In this document: positions 39,001 through 52,800 of the stretch, one piece after another
Position numbering within the stretch: the stretch's first letter is position 1
Layout: every line of letters begins with the position of its first letter
From: Balanoglossus misakiensis
Taxonomy: Eukaryota; Animalia; Hemichordata
NCBI GenBank assembly: GCA_040954595.2
Contig: CM082581.2
Location: forward strand, 11,716,286-11,780,285
Reading direction: 5' to 3'
DNA length: 64,000 nucleotides
Notes under the pieces: model-generated
Database searches by the model: none
Told to the model about the DNA's origin: nothing
Seen by the model: the letters and a program-made list of their open reading frames with translations, nothing else
Program-made: the position numbers and the translations under genes

Positions 39001-42000
39001 TGTCATTTTGGGATGATTTTCATGGGCTATAACCCATGGTTTTTTCAAAAAAATGAAGAAATTTTGATATTTCGCAAAGTCGAAAAATTGTCATTTTGGG
39101 ATGATTTTCATGGGCTATAACCCATGGTTTTTTCAAAAAAATGAAGAAATTTTGATATTTCGCAAAGTCGCAAAATTGTCATTTTGGGATGATTTTCATG
39201 GGCTATAACCCATGGTTTTTTCAAAAAAATGAAGAAATTTTGATATTTCGCAAAGTCGAAAAATTGTCATTTTGGGATGATTTTCATGGGCTATAACCCA
39301 TGGTTTTTTCAAAAAAATGAAGAAATTTTGATATTTCGCAAAGTCGAAAAATTGTCATTTTGGGATGATTTTCATGGGCTATAACCCATGGTTTTTTCAA
39401 AAAAATGAAGAAATTTTGATATTTCGCAAAGTCGAAAAATTGTCATTTTGGGATGATTTTCATGGGCTATAACCCATGGTTTTTTCAAAAAAATGAAGAA
39501 ATTTTGATATTTCGCAAAGTCGAAAAATTGTCATTTTGGGATGATTTTCATGGGCTATAACCCATGGTTTTTTCAAAAAAATGAAGAAATTTTGATATTT
39601 CGCAAAGTCGAAAAATTGTCATTTTGGGATGATTTTCATGGGCTATAACCCATGGTTTTTTCAAAAAAATGAAGAAATTTTGATATTTCGCAAAGTCGAA
39701 AAATTGTCATTTTGGGATGATTTTCATGGGCTATAACCCATGGTTTTTTCAAAAAAATGAAGAAATTTTGATATTTCGCAAAGTCGAAAAATTGTCATTT
39801 TGGGATGATTTTCATGGGCTATAACCCATGGTTTTTTCAAAAAAATGAAGAAATTTTGATATTTCGCAAAGTCGAAAAATTGTCATTTTGGGATGATTTT
39901 CATGGGCTATAACCCATGGTTTTTTCAAAAAAATGAAGAAATTTTGATATTTCGCAAAGTCGAAAAATTGTCATTTTGGGATGATTTTCATGGGCTATAA
40001 CCCATGGTTTTTTCAAAAAAATGAAGAAATTTTGATATTTCGCAAAGTCGAAAAATTGTCATTTTGGGATGATTTTCATGGGCTATAACCCATGGTTTTT
40101 TCAAAAAAATGAAGAAATTTTGATATTTCGCAAAGTCGAAAAATTGTCATTTTGGGATGATTTTCATGGGCTATAACCCATGGTTTTTTCAAAAAAATGA
40201 AGAAATTTTGATATTTCGCAAAGTCGAAAAATTGTCATTTTGGGATGATTTTCATGGGCTATAACCCATGGTTTTTTCAAAAAAATGAAGAAATTTTGAT
40301 ATTTCGCAAAGTCGAAAAATTGTCATTTTGGGATGATTTTCATGGGCTATAACCCATGGTTTTTTCAAAAAAATGAAGAAATTTTGATATTTCGCAAAGT
40401 CGAAAAATTGTCATTTTGGGATGATTTTCATGGGCTATAACCCATGGTTTTTTCAAAAAAATGAAGAAATTTTGATATTTCGCAAAGTCGAAAAATTGTC
40501 ATTTTGGGATGATTTTCATGGGCTATAACCCATGGTTTTTTCAAAAAAATGAAGAAATTTTGATATTTCGCAAAGTCGAAAAATTGTCATTTTGGGATGA
40601 TTTTCATGGGCTATAACCCATGGTTTTTTCAAAAAAATGAAGAAATTTTGATATTTCGCAAAGTCGAAAAATTGTCATTTTGGGATGATTTTCATGGGCT
40701 ATAACCCATGGTTTTTTCAAAAAAATGAAGAAATTTTGATATTTCGCAAAGTCGCAAAATTGTCATTTTGGGATGATTTTCATGGGCTATAACCCATGGT
40801 TTTTTCAAAAAAATGAAGAAATTTTGATATTTCGCAAAGTCGAAAAATTGTCATTTTGGGATGATTTTCATGGGCTATAACCCATGGTTTTTTCAAAAAA
40901 ATGAAGAAATTTTGATATTTCGCAAAGTCGAAAAATTGTCATTTTGGGATGATTTTCATGGGCTATAACCCATGGTTTTTTCAAAAAAATGAAGAAATTT
41001 TGATATTTCGCAAAGTCGAAAAATTGTCATTTTGGGATGATTTTCATGGGCTATAACCCATGGTTTTTTCAAAAAAATGAAGAAATTTTGATATTTCGCA
41101 AAGTCGAAAAATTGTCATTTTGGGATGATTTTCATGGGCTATAACCCATGGTTTTTTCAAAAAAATGAAGAAATTTTGATATTTCGCAAAGTCGAAAAAT
41201 TGTCATTTTGGGATGATTTTCATGGGCTATAACCCATGGTTTTTTCAAAAAAATGAAGAAATTTTGATATTTCGCAAAGTCGAAAAATTGTCATTTTGGG
41301 ATGATTTTCATGGGCTATAACCCATGGTTTTTTCAAAAAAATGAAGAAATTTTGATATTTCGCAAAGTCGAAAAATTGTCATTTTGGGATGATTTTCATG
41401 GGCTATAACCCATGGTTTTTTCAAAAAAATGAAGAAATTTTGATATTTCGCAAAGTCGAAAAATTGTCATTTTGGGATGATTTTCATGGGCTATAACCCA
41501 TGGTTTTTTCAAAAAAATGAAGAAATTTTGATATTTCGCAAAGTCGAAAAATTGTCATTTTGGGATGATTTTCATGGGCTATAACCCATGGTTTTTTCAA
41601 AAAAATGAAGAAATTTTGATATTTCGCAAAGTCGAAAAATTGTCATTTTGGGATGATTTTCATGGGCTATAACCCATGGTTTTTTCAAAAAAATGAAGAA
41701 ATTTTGATATTTCGCAAAGTCGAAAAATTGTCATTTTGGGATGATTTTCATGGGCTATAACCCATGGTTTTTTCAAAAAAATGAAGAAATTTTGATATTT
41801 CGCAAAGTCGAAAAATTGTCATTTTGGGATGATTTTCATGGGCTATAACCCATGGTTTTTTCAAAAAAATGAAGAAATTTTGATATTTCGCAAAGTCGAA
41901 AAATTGTCATTTTGGGATGATTTTCATGGGCTATAACCCATGGTTTTTTCAAAAAAATGAAGAAATTTTGATATTTCGCAAAGTCGAAAAATTGTCATTT

Positions 42001-43174
42001 TGGGATGATTTTCATGGGCTATAACCCATGGTTTTTTCAAAAAAATGAAGAAATTTTGATATTTCGCAAAGTCGAAAAATTGTCATTTTGGGATGATTTT
42101 CATGGGCTATAACCCATGGTTTTTTCAAAAAATTGAAGAAATTTTGATATTTCTCAAAGTCGAAAAATTGTCATTTTGGGATGATTTTCATGGGCTATAA
42201 CCCATGGTTTTTTCAAAAAATTGAAGAAATTTTGATATTTCGCAAAGTCGAAAAATTGTCATTCTGGGATGATTTTCATGGGCTATAACCCATGCTTTTT
42301 TCAAAAAAATGAAGAAATTTTGATATTTCGCAAAGTCGAAAATTTGTCATTTAGGTATGATTTTCATGGGCTATAACCCATGGTTTTTTAAAAAAAATGA
42401 AGAAATTTTGATATTTCGCAAAGTCGAAAAATTGTCATTTTGGGATGATTTTCATGGGCTATAACCCATGGTTTTTTCAAAAAATTGAAGAAATTTTGAT
42501 ATTTCGCAAAGTCGAAAAATTGTCATTTTGGGATGATTTTCATGGGCTATAACCCATGGTTTTTTCAAAAAAATGAAGAAATTTTGATATTTCGCAAAGT
42601 CGAAAAATTGTCATTTTGGGATGATTTTCATGGGCTATAACCCATGGTTTTTTCAAAAAATTGAAGAAATTTTGATATTTCGCAAAGTCGAAAAATTGTC
42701 ATTTTGGGATGATTTTCTTGGGCTATAACCCATGGTTTTTTCAAAAAATTGAAGAAATTTTGATATTTCGCAAAGTCGAAAAATTGTCATTCTGGGATGA
42801 TTTTCATGGGCTATAACCCATGGTTTTTTCAAAAAAATGAAGAAATTTTGATATTTCGCAAAGTCGAAAATTTGTCATTTAGGTATGATTTTCATGGGCT
42901 ATAACCCATGGTTTTTTCAAAAAAATGAAGAAATTTTGATATTTCGCAAAGTCGAAAAATTGTCATTTTGGGATGATTTTCATGGGCTATAACCCATGGT
43001 TTTTTCAAAAAAATGAAGAAATTTTGATATTTCGCAAAGTCGAAAAATTGTCATTTTGGGATGATTTTCATGGGCTATAACCCATGGTTTTTTCAAAAAA
43101 TTGAAGAAATTTTGATATTTCGCAAAGTCGAAAAATTGTCATTTTGGGATGATTTTCATGGGCTATAACCCATG
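30011..43174. repeat. Satellite B: 88-bp monomer, about 150 head-to-tail copies, nested inside satellite A
   Basis: Monomer GCTATAACCCATGGTTTTTTCAAAAAAATGAAGAAATTTTGATATTTCGCAAAGTCG(A/C)AAAATTGTCATTTTGGGATGATTTTCATGG; period 88 (30011 to 30099); nearly invariant from about 38300 to 42100. Confidence 0.98.
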
Positions 43175-43311
43175 CATATGACATGGAAACGCCAAAATGA
43201 GCAAAATTTTCAAAGTCGAGAATTTGTCATTTTTTGAGCGTTCATGACATGCATATGACATGGAAATGCCAAAATGAGCAAAATTTTCAAGGTCGAGAAT
43301 TTGTCATTTTT
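43162..43311. repeat. Satellite A, right block: about 1.7 degenerate copies of the 86-bp monomer
   Basis: After GCTATAACCCATG the sequence returns to CATATGACATGGAAACGCCAAAATGAGC...; the second copy has a 9-bp deletion (GCTGTAACC). Confidence 0.93.
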
Positions 43312-46300
43312 GATGCATCCCTTGTCGTTTGAATCCTCAAATCGATGGGAGTAGATGATTGGAGTTTTTCCTATCAGGGGGTCCACCACATGAGATGCCA
43401 ACCTCGGCTATTAATGCAGTTATGGAAAAATTTGCCTGTTTGGATAATTTAGCTTAAACGGGCAGAGCACGATGTTTTATCGACGCTGAATTGTCAGATC
43501 TACGCATTTCAGTCCAATGTGCAGAGCGAATTCGCCGAAGATCAGAGTTGAGTGCAAGAAGAATTTCGATACTTCCCGTCATACATTTCCGCCGAGAAAG
43601 CTTAAACACAGCATCGTATCGATCTCTCATAAGTTTGTATTGATCTGCGGGTAAAAGCGTCATCACAAAAACAAAAATGCGACCTTCAGAACTAGGCCAA
43701 GGACAACTTTGCAGACTGTTGCGGAATTCTGAGCGAATACGTACAGTCTTTTGGGATTTGAGTTGATACGAGGATGCCGTGTCTTTTTTCAGAATTCAGC
43801 TTTTCAGAGGAATCTTTCGTTGCATTGTGTGCCCAGCACGTAGGAGACCGTGTCACAGTTGGACACAAAATTGCAATACCGTAAGCAGTCTTTCTGTCGA
43901 CGCCACGCATTTAATGGAATGTGTAGCTGAGTCAGTTTCTATGGCGACTGCTTGCCCATCGGCACTCTCTTTGCAAAAGTTTGCACTGAATAATTTAGAC
44001 GTTGTAAAAATACATTTAGATACAGCTATTTTACGACGGCCTGAGAATAGTCTTTAGCATGATATAAGCACTGTTAAAGAGAGGACATTAAATTTTACTT
44101 GGAATTGAATCAATGGATTCTAAAAGAAATTATGAGATTTTTTTCACCTCGAACAGAAAAAGCACGATGTTCGGAGATGAACTCATTTCGCATAAGAAAA
44201 ATAAACGCCATTTCCTAACTTACCGTTGTAAATAAATCGAGCTATCATATTAATTGTAATCAGCCAATCTTTTACAAATTTCAAAATAGCCAACGAAAGG
44301 TGAAAAATCGTATTTGTGAAATTTGCCACAGCCTTAAGTGACGAAGCGATTATGAGCTGGCATCAGAAAATAATGATGTCTGGAAATCTCATAAAAAAAC
44401 GCTGCGCTGGCTACAGCGTCATTAGCGAAACAGAATGCATTGGATATTGCGTGATATCTTCACTATGGCTCCGGCTGTAGACAAATTTGTGAGATTACAG
44501 TAAGTTGATGCCGATCAATCAGTCAATCAACTAACCTACCAGACAACTAATCGATCGATTGTTTGAGTGGTGGATCGATTAACTATTTGCATTAACCGGG
44601 AATAACCTTAGGGATTTGGGACTTGAGAGACATCGAAATTTATTTTAGAATATTCAGTAAGAACTTTTAAATCTTCATATCAACTACATGGATATGTAAA
44701 TATTACAATGACGCAGGTATCATTGCACTAAACATGAAAATGCTTCTTGCATTTTTCGACTTCTAATTAATTTAATATCAAATTTCACTAACGAGTGGTT
44801 AATGTCTGGTTCTAATCTCTACGTCTGTATTGACGTCACTGCAGATTATGAAACCGTGTTTTCGAAAAAAAGACAACTGGAAACATCTTGTAGTCGTAAA
44901 AGAAATGGGCAAATAATAAGGGGGCATCAGCTGTTACTTTTTTGCATTATATGATTGCTATCTTCGCAAAATTGGAAATTATTTTCATTTGAATAATTTA
45001 AAATCATCACCACGTCCATGAAAAAAGCTTCTTAGATTCAAGATTATATAATAATAGGCGCAACAAATCTCATTACTAATGGCATCTACACCCATCACTT
45101 GTAAAGTCTCGTGATTTAGAATGTGTTGATCGACAAAATGAATTCTTTCTTTAATGGCTTAAGGGTCCGTCTTGGGGGTGAGGTTAAAGGGATCTAACAC
45201 TTATGGTGTGATACATGATAATGATTATTCTGAAACATTAGACATAATAGAAAGTGTCTGATTATCTGTTACTGGGCACGCGACTCGGGAAACGAACGAC
45301 ACATTCTAAGTTTTCAACTGCAGCGCTGAGCGATTAACGATGTACAATGATACGGATGAACGAATGAGCTCACCGACTCGCGCGCTCACATGTCAGTCAG
45401 ATAGTATTGCATGAAAGCTCATCAAATCAGAGTTTCTCTCGCCAGATCTCGCCATTTTCATCTTCATGGTGATTGAAACGGGTAATTTTAAACTCTGTGA
45501 CTCGGGTCTATTAGGTCTCAAATTCACTCCACACGACGTTAATATAGCAGACGACTTTATTGGCACATCATTCTGTCGCGAAAAGAGAAAACTGACGATT
45601 TGTGATCCAAAACAGTTATCTGGTCTGTTCTGCTATTCAAGTCAATCACTGTTCAGCATTCTCCAATTCCATTGCATAACAGTCGTGCGTTGTCACACCT
45701 GGACGGAATGGTTTGAATTGACCGTTGACCCGATGGTAATAAAATGATAAGATAAAAACACGACCTCTGCGTGGCAATGTAAACTTGTTAAATTAATAAT
45801 ATGCAAACCTTTACCTAGCCCCTTTGCTACAATACCATTATGGTTTCCCGTGTACCTTTGAAACATCGACAAAGAAACCGCAAAATACACAAATTAAAAT
45901 TAAGAAATAACACTTAAAGGAAATGAGCACATTTGCACCATTAGGTAAAACAAGGTCCATTTCATTGCAATATTTGACATTCTGCTGAATATAAACTCGG
46001 AGCATGCGTGATAGGATATTCTGACGGGGACTTTTTAGTCGCTTTGGCAGTTTCAGACGTCGTGAAAACACATGTGTTCCCTTGGTAACAGTGATCACTA
46101 AAAGACCATCGCTCATTACAATTGCATTCCAAATATCTCTACCGCGTCATCATTTATGGATCCAAATTGATGTAAAGCCGTTATCAGATTACCGATCTGC
46201 AAAGATAGCAAGACGCTGAGTACTTCAGATAAACGACGTTGTCCGTACCGCTTCTTCAAGTCTCAGTAATAACTTTCAGTAACCGTCCCCTTGGGGAGTC

Positions 46301-46659
46301 ATCGACCACTAGGGCACCCCAGCTCTGTTGCTGTCTGCTTGAGAACGGCGTCTTCAACTACGTTTCAAGTAGGAAAACGTGATTTTATCGTCGCTGATGT
46401 TCCGATTAAGTCAATTAACTTGTCGATTCCGAATAGATCTTATCAAACTGTAATAGAAATTCGATTAAAGTCAAGGCAATTAGGTTCTGTGTCCATTATG
46501 GTCAAGCTTCGGGTTTTGCGCAACACAAGTGCGTTACATGATCGACATAGACACACATGTAATATCTTCACATACAGCCTCGACTACTGTGTTGGCAAAT
46601 AGACATATAGAGATGCGTGCGCAGACAGTCAACTATCTGGCAGAAAAAAAAGAGACTAT

Positions 46660-46694
46660 GACAGACAGTAGACAGAGACAGAGAGACAGAGAGA

Positions 46695-46761
<67 letters not shown>

Positions 46762-46802
46762 GTGAGAGAGGGAGGGAGAGAGAGGGCGAGGGGGAGAGAG
46801 GG
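46660..46802. repeat. (GA)n/(GACA)n microsatellite
   Basis: Long gagaga tract with gaca interruptions; source of the ERERER and LSLSLS pseudo-ORFs. Confidence 0.95.
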
Positions 46803-49800
46803 AATATATTGAGCAAAATGGACATTTCAAATGTTCACAGATTTTACATCCCATAACGGGAGTCATTGCTCAGACTCGTTAAAACCACGCTTCGGGGAAA
46901 TTTTCACTCCATGAATAAGGAAACAGAGGACAAATTCAGCAAGAGTCGCACCCATTCAGGCGAGACTGAAAAAAAGTGTAAAATTCATGACAATATTGTA
47001 AACTACATTTCAGTCAAGACACGGGTTGGGTGTCTTCGAGCAAATTTGGGTGGGAAAAGGCGCTGATTGATCCTCATCGCGCCCTGGTTAGCCATCGGCT
47101 TTCATTGCAAACATGTCTTTCATCCACTGTAAGTAGTTGTCAGAAAGCACGTTTTGCCAGATAATGTTCTTTCGCCATGGAAATACACAAAATGGGAGTT
47201 GGAAAATTCGAGAAGATGTGATTTGCTGCGAACGGATGCGCAAAACTTTTTTGAAATATTCTTCCTTAAAACTTTGGATATGATACACACTTCTGATGAG
47301 AGTAAACGAAATGCCAGTCGTGAGAAAGATGGTCTGACTCTCACGAGACCAGAGTGCCAGCGATACAAATATGAGATTCGTGCACCGAGAACGCTAATGT
47401 CTAATTCGATAAATGTGTTTGAACAGATTTAGCCAAGGGGCACTTTGTTTTACAGATGTAGCAAACGAAGCCAATATGTCGTGTTTCATGACCACTCGCC
47501 GTAGAGAATGTTCATATGATGTACAAGACGTCGTAGTTTTCTTCGCGCTGATTGGCCAAACGAGCAAATTATTACGACCAACTCGTCGGGTATGATAGAA
47601 CGCAATACGCGTGTCATATGTACGTGATGTGTCCTGTATGTGAGTGGTCTTTTTGGCACACACGCCTTGTGCTTTACTTTCGACGAGTGACAGCGAACCA
47701 GATAAAAAAAATTCAACGAGTTCGACTCATAGTTACAGCCCTCTATTGAGGAATTGATTATGATCAAAGCATTTACTAGGAGCTCGTTAATAACATTACT
47801 ATTGCCTTTGAACGACACAGAGACCCTGTTGACCTTGGTTTTAAGAGAAAATTAACTTGACAAATTGAATTTATTTACGATTTGTTTGGAGAGAGTGTAT
47901 TTGCGTATGCCATATAAGTAGTCAGTCAAATTTAACAGTGTCCGCTAAAATCGTTGTTGTGATAGTCAGGGCAAGGCGAATATTCCCTGAATAAAAACGT
48001 TGAAACTCTAGAACAAACACTCGCGTAGAGACACGCAACACCCGAGCTGTAAAATAACCCTGCGGGAGAAAATGCGATTCTCTTCGGAGTTTTCAAAATG
48101 TCAAAATGGCAGCGAAGAGCTCTCTCGGCGGGACCCGATACTGTTCTCCAGTTAATAAAATGTGACAAAGAAGCAACCGGGCACGTCAAAAGGAAATAAG
48201 AGATTCCAAACCTTGAAAAAGATTCATTCAGTGCAAATCAGAGCCTACACCGAATGGCTCAGCAGACACATTCGAGGAATATAATCGGGTTAAACATTCC
48301 CTCATTCCCTTTTTTAATTCATACTTGTCATTCTGTTTCTCAAGGACTCCAAACTCAGTGGCGACATTCTTTTTTTCAATTTTGCATCCTCAATCATATT
48401 TTTATTTGCTGGAAATACGACAGTCAATCTCTTTAAACGGTGCAATAAGGTTATAACCAGATGATAATACAACTTCAGAATGGAGTAGGATAAGCACATT
48501 TAATTGCTGATCCTCTTCCTGGTTAAATCGTCATGAAGAATGTCGTTTCCAAAATAAATCCATCCATATTTTTCTTAAAGCTTACTGTACATTCAGCCCT
48601 TAGTATACTGGTCAGTATATTGTCACATGAGCTGCACACCTAGAAAGATTGCATGTACTTGGAACTGTGTGACATTGAGCGTGTGTATTTCTATGGTTGA
48701 TATAATCTCACGTGTAATTGACACGCGATTGACATGAAGTAAATATGACAATTAATATATCACAGGAAGTCTGTTTAACTTGGCATAAAGGAGTCAGGCG
48801 TCATGTTTACTTGAACCATTATACTGTCAAGGCAACTGTTAATAATTCAATAATATGAGGCAGAGGAATCGAGATTTAATTTCAACCGAAAAATCAATTA
48901 CTTTCGTTGTCCGCCAAGGCCAACATCATAATGCGGTGCATCAATGCCAGAGTGGGGTTATCTGTCTGCTGATAGTCGGGGATAACGTTGGAGGATATGA
49001 AGGAAAAAAACGGAGAATCCAGTGATGTCAGACAGCAGTTTCTGGTAGGCCAATTTCCGCGTGGACCCACCCTGCAAACACGAAGGCTGCAATCAGTGGG
49101 CTCGGACCAGACCACGTGTCAAGGCATTTGCGCGTGCGTCGCATCTTCTGTGGTCTCGTCCCCATGAGAGAACCTTGGTGAAAAGTGACGATGTCCGTTT
49201 TACTCACTTGCATATTATTGTTTTATGTATGGCACAAAAGCCACATTTGTTGATACAAAATAAAAACGACCGATGATCATATTAATGATAATGCTCGTTT
49301 GTGTGTAGGTGTGTGTGTGCGCGCGTGTGTGCGAGGGGGGGGGGGGTCTTGTTTAGAACGCGCAGCCTTGCATTTTTGACATTCAACTGAAACATAGCGC
49401 CACCAATACTTGAAGTATGACAGTCAATTCACCCGTACACTGATGAGAATCATCAAGATGATTGATGAATCCGCAGAAATGTCTTGCCATGTCGATGCCC
49501 TATAATTAATGGATCTAACTAGAAAGTGGTGGACAATAAAAATACAATGATCATACAAACACCCCATCAATTTAATGGCGCCTTAGGCGACACACCATCT
49601 TTCGGGTTCACTGTGGGCCTTTGTCACTTTCACGGGTTGCCACGCGTACTGATTTTATCTGAATTAAAAAAAAGAGCGTTACATTAGTTATGACTTTTAT
49701 GCAGGCTTATTGACATGTTTTTTCCGCTCATTAATTACGACGATAAATGTAACGTGGCATTTTGATAAAACGTGGTTCAACGTCAATATTAGCCTTTACC

Positions 49801-52800
49801 CGCGGCCATTACGACTGATGAAATCGTCATTCCCCGATTGTGTCACACTCGTTTGCTTTCAATGATTTGTTATCTCTCAGTGAGGCCACCGGCAAATTTC
49901 ACTTTCGCGGGAATGAGTGCGCGTAGCGATGGCTGCAAACGCTGGTAGAAGAATAAAAACGGTGCTGTGTTTATTTTTTATAATTTCAGCGGAGATGTTC
50001 AGTCGCTCACTATGCACAGCTTGGCAGAAACGCTCTTAGCTCTGCAAAAAAAACATTTGGGAGTAATCATTTAATGCTTGCTTAGACACGATTTCCAAAC
50101 ACGGTCGTAATTTTGAAACACATTCTCTGATTTTAATTTTTTAGTGCTTGGACGCCTTGAAGAATTGAGTGGCTGCCATAAAACGGGGTTAGTCTGATCG
50201 CTCCCGTGTGAATCGAGGAGAGGGTCGTAATTCACGGAAGCACCCCCGGTAGAATTTATCGCCATGTGTGTGAAAGACGTCGATCGCGTCATATAGTACA
50301 CAGTAACGCCGGGTAGGGTCCCTTAGCTGAACAAATAACACTACATCAAGCGTTCCATAACCTTTCCATTTCAGAAGACAGTCTATTTGCTCAACATTTT
50401 ACGCTCTAGCCATTATCCGGCATAATTGACCCAACTCAAACACATAGTTTATGCGGCACGCGTTAGCAATCCTATCGGAGTCATGTTTGTAAATAAAGTC
50501 CATATAGGAGTACATGTTTGGCTAGTCATTTGCTCATGATGGACGCAGTGAAAATTTGAATCTTGTTACGTCACGAACTCGCAATGTTTTCCGCACACCT
50601 GGACGAGAAATTTACAGTACTTGACGCCCCTCCGTTTGTGATTAACGCAGCTGCTCGCATGAAAGCAATTGTCCTATACACCTATAACATTTCACTGACC
50701 TGTGGCATGTCGGCGTGTACAATCAGTGCAAACGACGGCGCTTTCGTGTCTTGCATAAGAGCAACGATGAGATTTTTACGGCCCAGTTCATGATTATCAC
50801 TTGTAAATATGTTTCCTCGGGTGCTGTATACCATAGACCCTGAAGCTCCAGAAGCTCAATGTGCATACCGATCAGTAAATCTGAAATCTGTCATGGAGAG
50901 ACTCAATCGATTGACCTTTGACCTCCAGGAGAAATACAAGGCTTCCGCTTTGGCTGCACCCGAATTACGCGAGAGGGCACATCCGGACCAAAATAGAACA
51001 CCAAGCGTTAAAACTGCAATTTCTAGAAACAGACGAGGTACCTTTGCACTGACAGCATATCATTCTTCGTTGAGAAACGAGTACTTTCCTACGCACCCAT
51101 GCATTTTGAAGCGGAAATTACTATTTGATGGAGTGGCGCGTCTTGTTACGACGACATTTCTTAAAAATCGAAGGACAAACCGCAGTCCAGCAAAGCTCAG
51201 GGGTAGTACAAGTGAACCAGTGGGATTTTAAATGTCACAAAATGTTACAGGGACGCAAACAGATTGCCTTTGACGTCAAATCACAACATAAATAGCAAAC
51301 GTCGGCGGGTTTTGTACGACCAGAAAAATGTATGCAGAGCCTAGGCCTGATCAAATTCAAATTGAAATTGTGGATATTCAGCAAGAATAGAGAATTGTGA
51401 GCCGTCATCTTAATTTGTCATTTTGCGGGTGTTTCCTCCAGCGTTTAGCCTTTGTAAATGTAGTTTTACAATAAGCTTCACCATCACGGATTCCTCGACT
51501 TGACATATTTATGACGTCATTTTGTGATTGTTACATCCTGTTCAAATGAAAATCAAAATGAGTTTTTCTTATCAGTCCGAATTATCATACGAAATAATAT
51601 AGCTGCCTCTAGATGTGGCCACCCCCACGCATGTCCAATCTTGAAAAAAGTGTTGAAATTTCTGCTTATTTTTAATCATCAGCGAAAAAGTCAATAAATG
51701 ATAACAGTTCAAGATACGTTTCCATTGGTGACGTTTCCCTACACTGCGCCAGTCTTTGGGTAGCGATAGGTAAAAAAGGAATACGTGCTTTTTCAGACTG
51801 CCATGCATGTCACGCTTTGTCGAGTCATCACACAACGAGGCTAATTAAATGCGAACAAGCGTCGCAACACTGGACACAAATTGTCTACAGATGCCCGTCG
51901 TTCTCGTGATGAACTCGGGGCTCCTGGGTAATGAAGTGACTGTTGTTGTGGCAAAACTCAGTGTACCAAACTGCAATATTACGGAGGACAGCGAAGTGAG
52001 AACAGACGGGGAAGGTATACGTGTCACAGAATAATTTCACAATGGACGTGCGTCTTCATTTACAACGGCGGAACATTAGTTTTCCCTTGCTCTTCATCAA
52101 ACAATGGAAGCGAGACTACACATGACACGTGGCACGTACTTATCCGGTAAAATTCAAACGTAAATCTAAACTTTACAAAGCCAGCTTTAAGCTCCTAACA
52201 CATTTTATTCTACGGGTACTCGCTAGGGCGGTGATAATCTGGATGTAAGATATTGTAACGAAGTACGCGTACTCGATCGAGCGGGAGGTTTACCCCCAAG
52301 TGCTGTGAAAGTTAACAAATCTTCGCGGCACCCAGCAAAGATTTTGTTTGCAAGACGCTTGTTCTGTAAATTGTGTTTATCTTGCAAGTCGACTGCATAT
52401 GCAAACCGACGTCACGTGCCCCCGAGGGGAAGCGATACCAGACTACTCGGTTGCCATAGAAATCAGCTTGGGATGTATGGTTTACTGATGAAAGCATCAC
52501 CACGGCACTGAATCGGCAATTCAGTCGAGAAATTCGCTTTTATGATACGGTGTTGAAGTCGCACGACACGGGGCAGCTTTGCCGCGGTTTTGATTTTCTT
52601 GAAAAGTCATCTTTCGAATTCGATAGGGAAAATTGCGATGTCGGCATTTATCGCAGTCGGTACCAATCCCGATAAAAATCACGCGAAAACTTTCAAATGA
52701 GGGTCAGATTGTATCGATTCTACTTTCAATCAGTAGCTGGGTGAAAATAATATACATCTTATTAAATGCCCCGTCGCCACTTCAATGGCTGGTCGAATCC

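Noticed and set aside
25939-43311. CRISPR array
   Set aside because: Monomers are head to tail with no unique spacers, there are no cas genes, and the context is a spliced animal genome.
25860-43420. Terminal inverted repeats, TSD or Helitron-type ends enclosing the satellite
   Set aside because: Only a weak gapped resemblance (GGATCCTACGGCAA on the left vs reverse-complement GGATTCAAACGACAA on the right). No convincing TIR, TSD or terminal hairpin by eye. A carrier element is not excluded, just unsupported.
46529-46866. ERERER / LSLSLS ORFs
   Set aside because: Translations of the GA microsatellite.
47088-47818. Cluster of overlapping short ORFs, possible decayed gene or transposon
   Set aside because: No recognisable domain motif or consistent splice structure; a translated search would be needed to rescue it.
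8209-49346. Scattered poly-G/poly-C runs (near 8209, 11224, 16214, 17537, 19096, 49335) as functional G-quadruplexes
   Set aside because: Simple mononucleotide runs without shared flanks or positional pattern; no evidence of function.
50809-51231. 140-aa ATG ORF
   Set aside because: No recognisable family motif or exon signals; length is compatible with chance.
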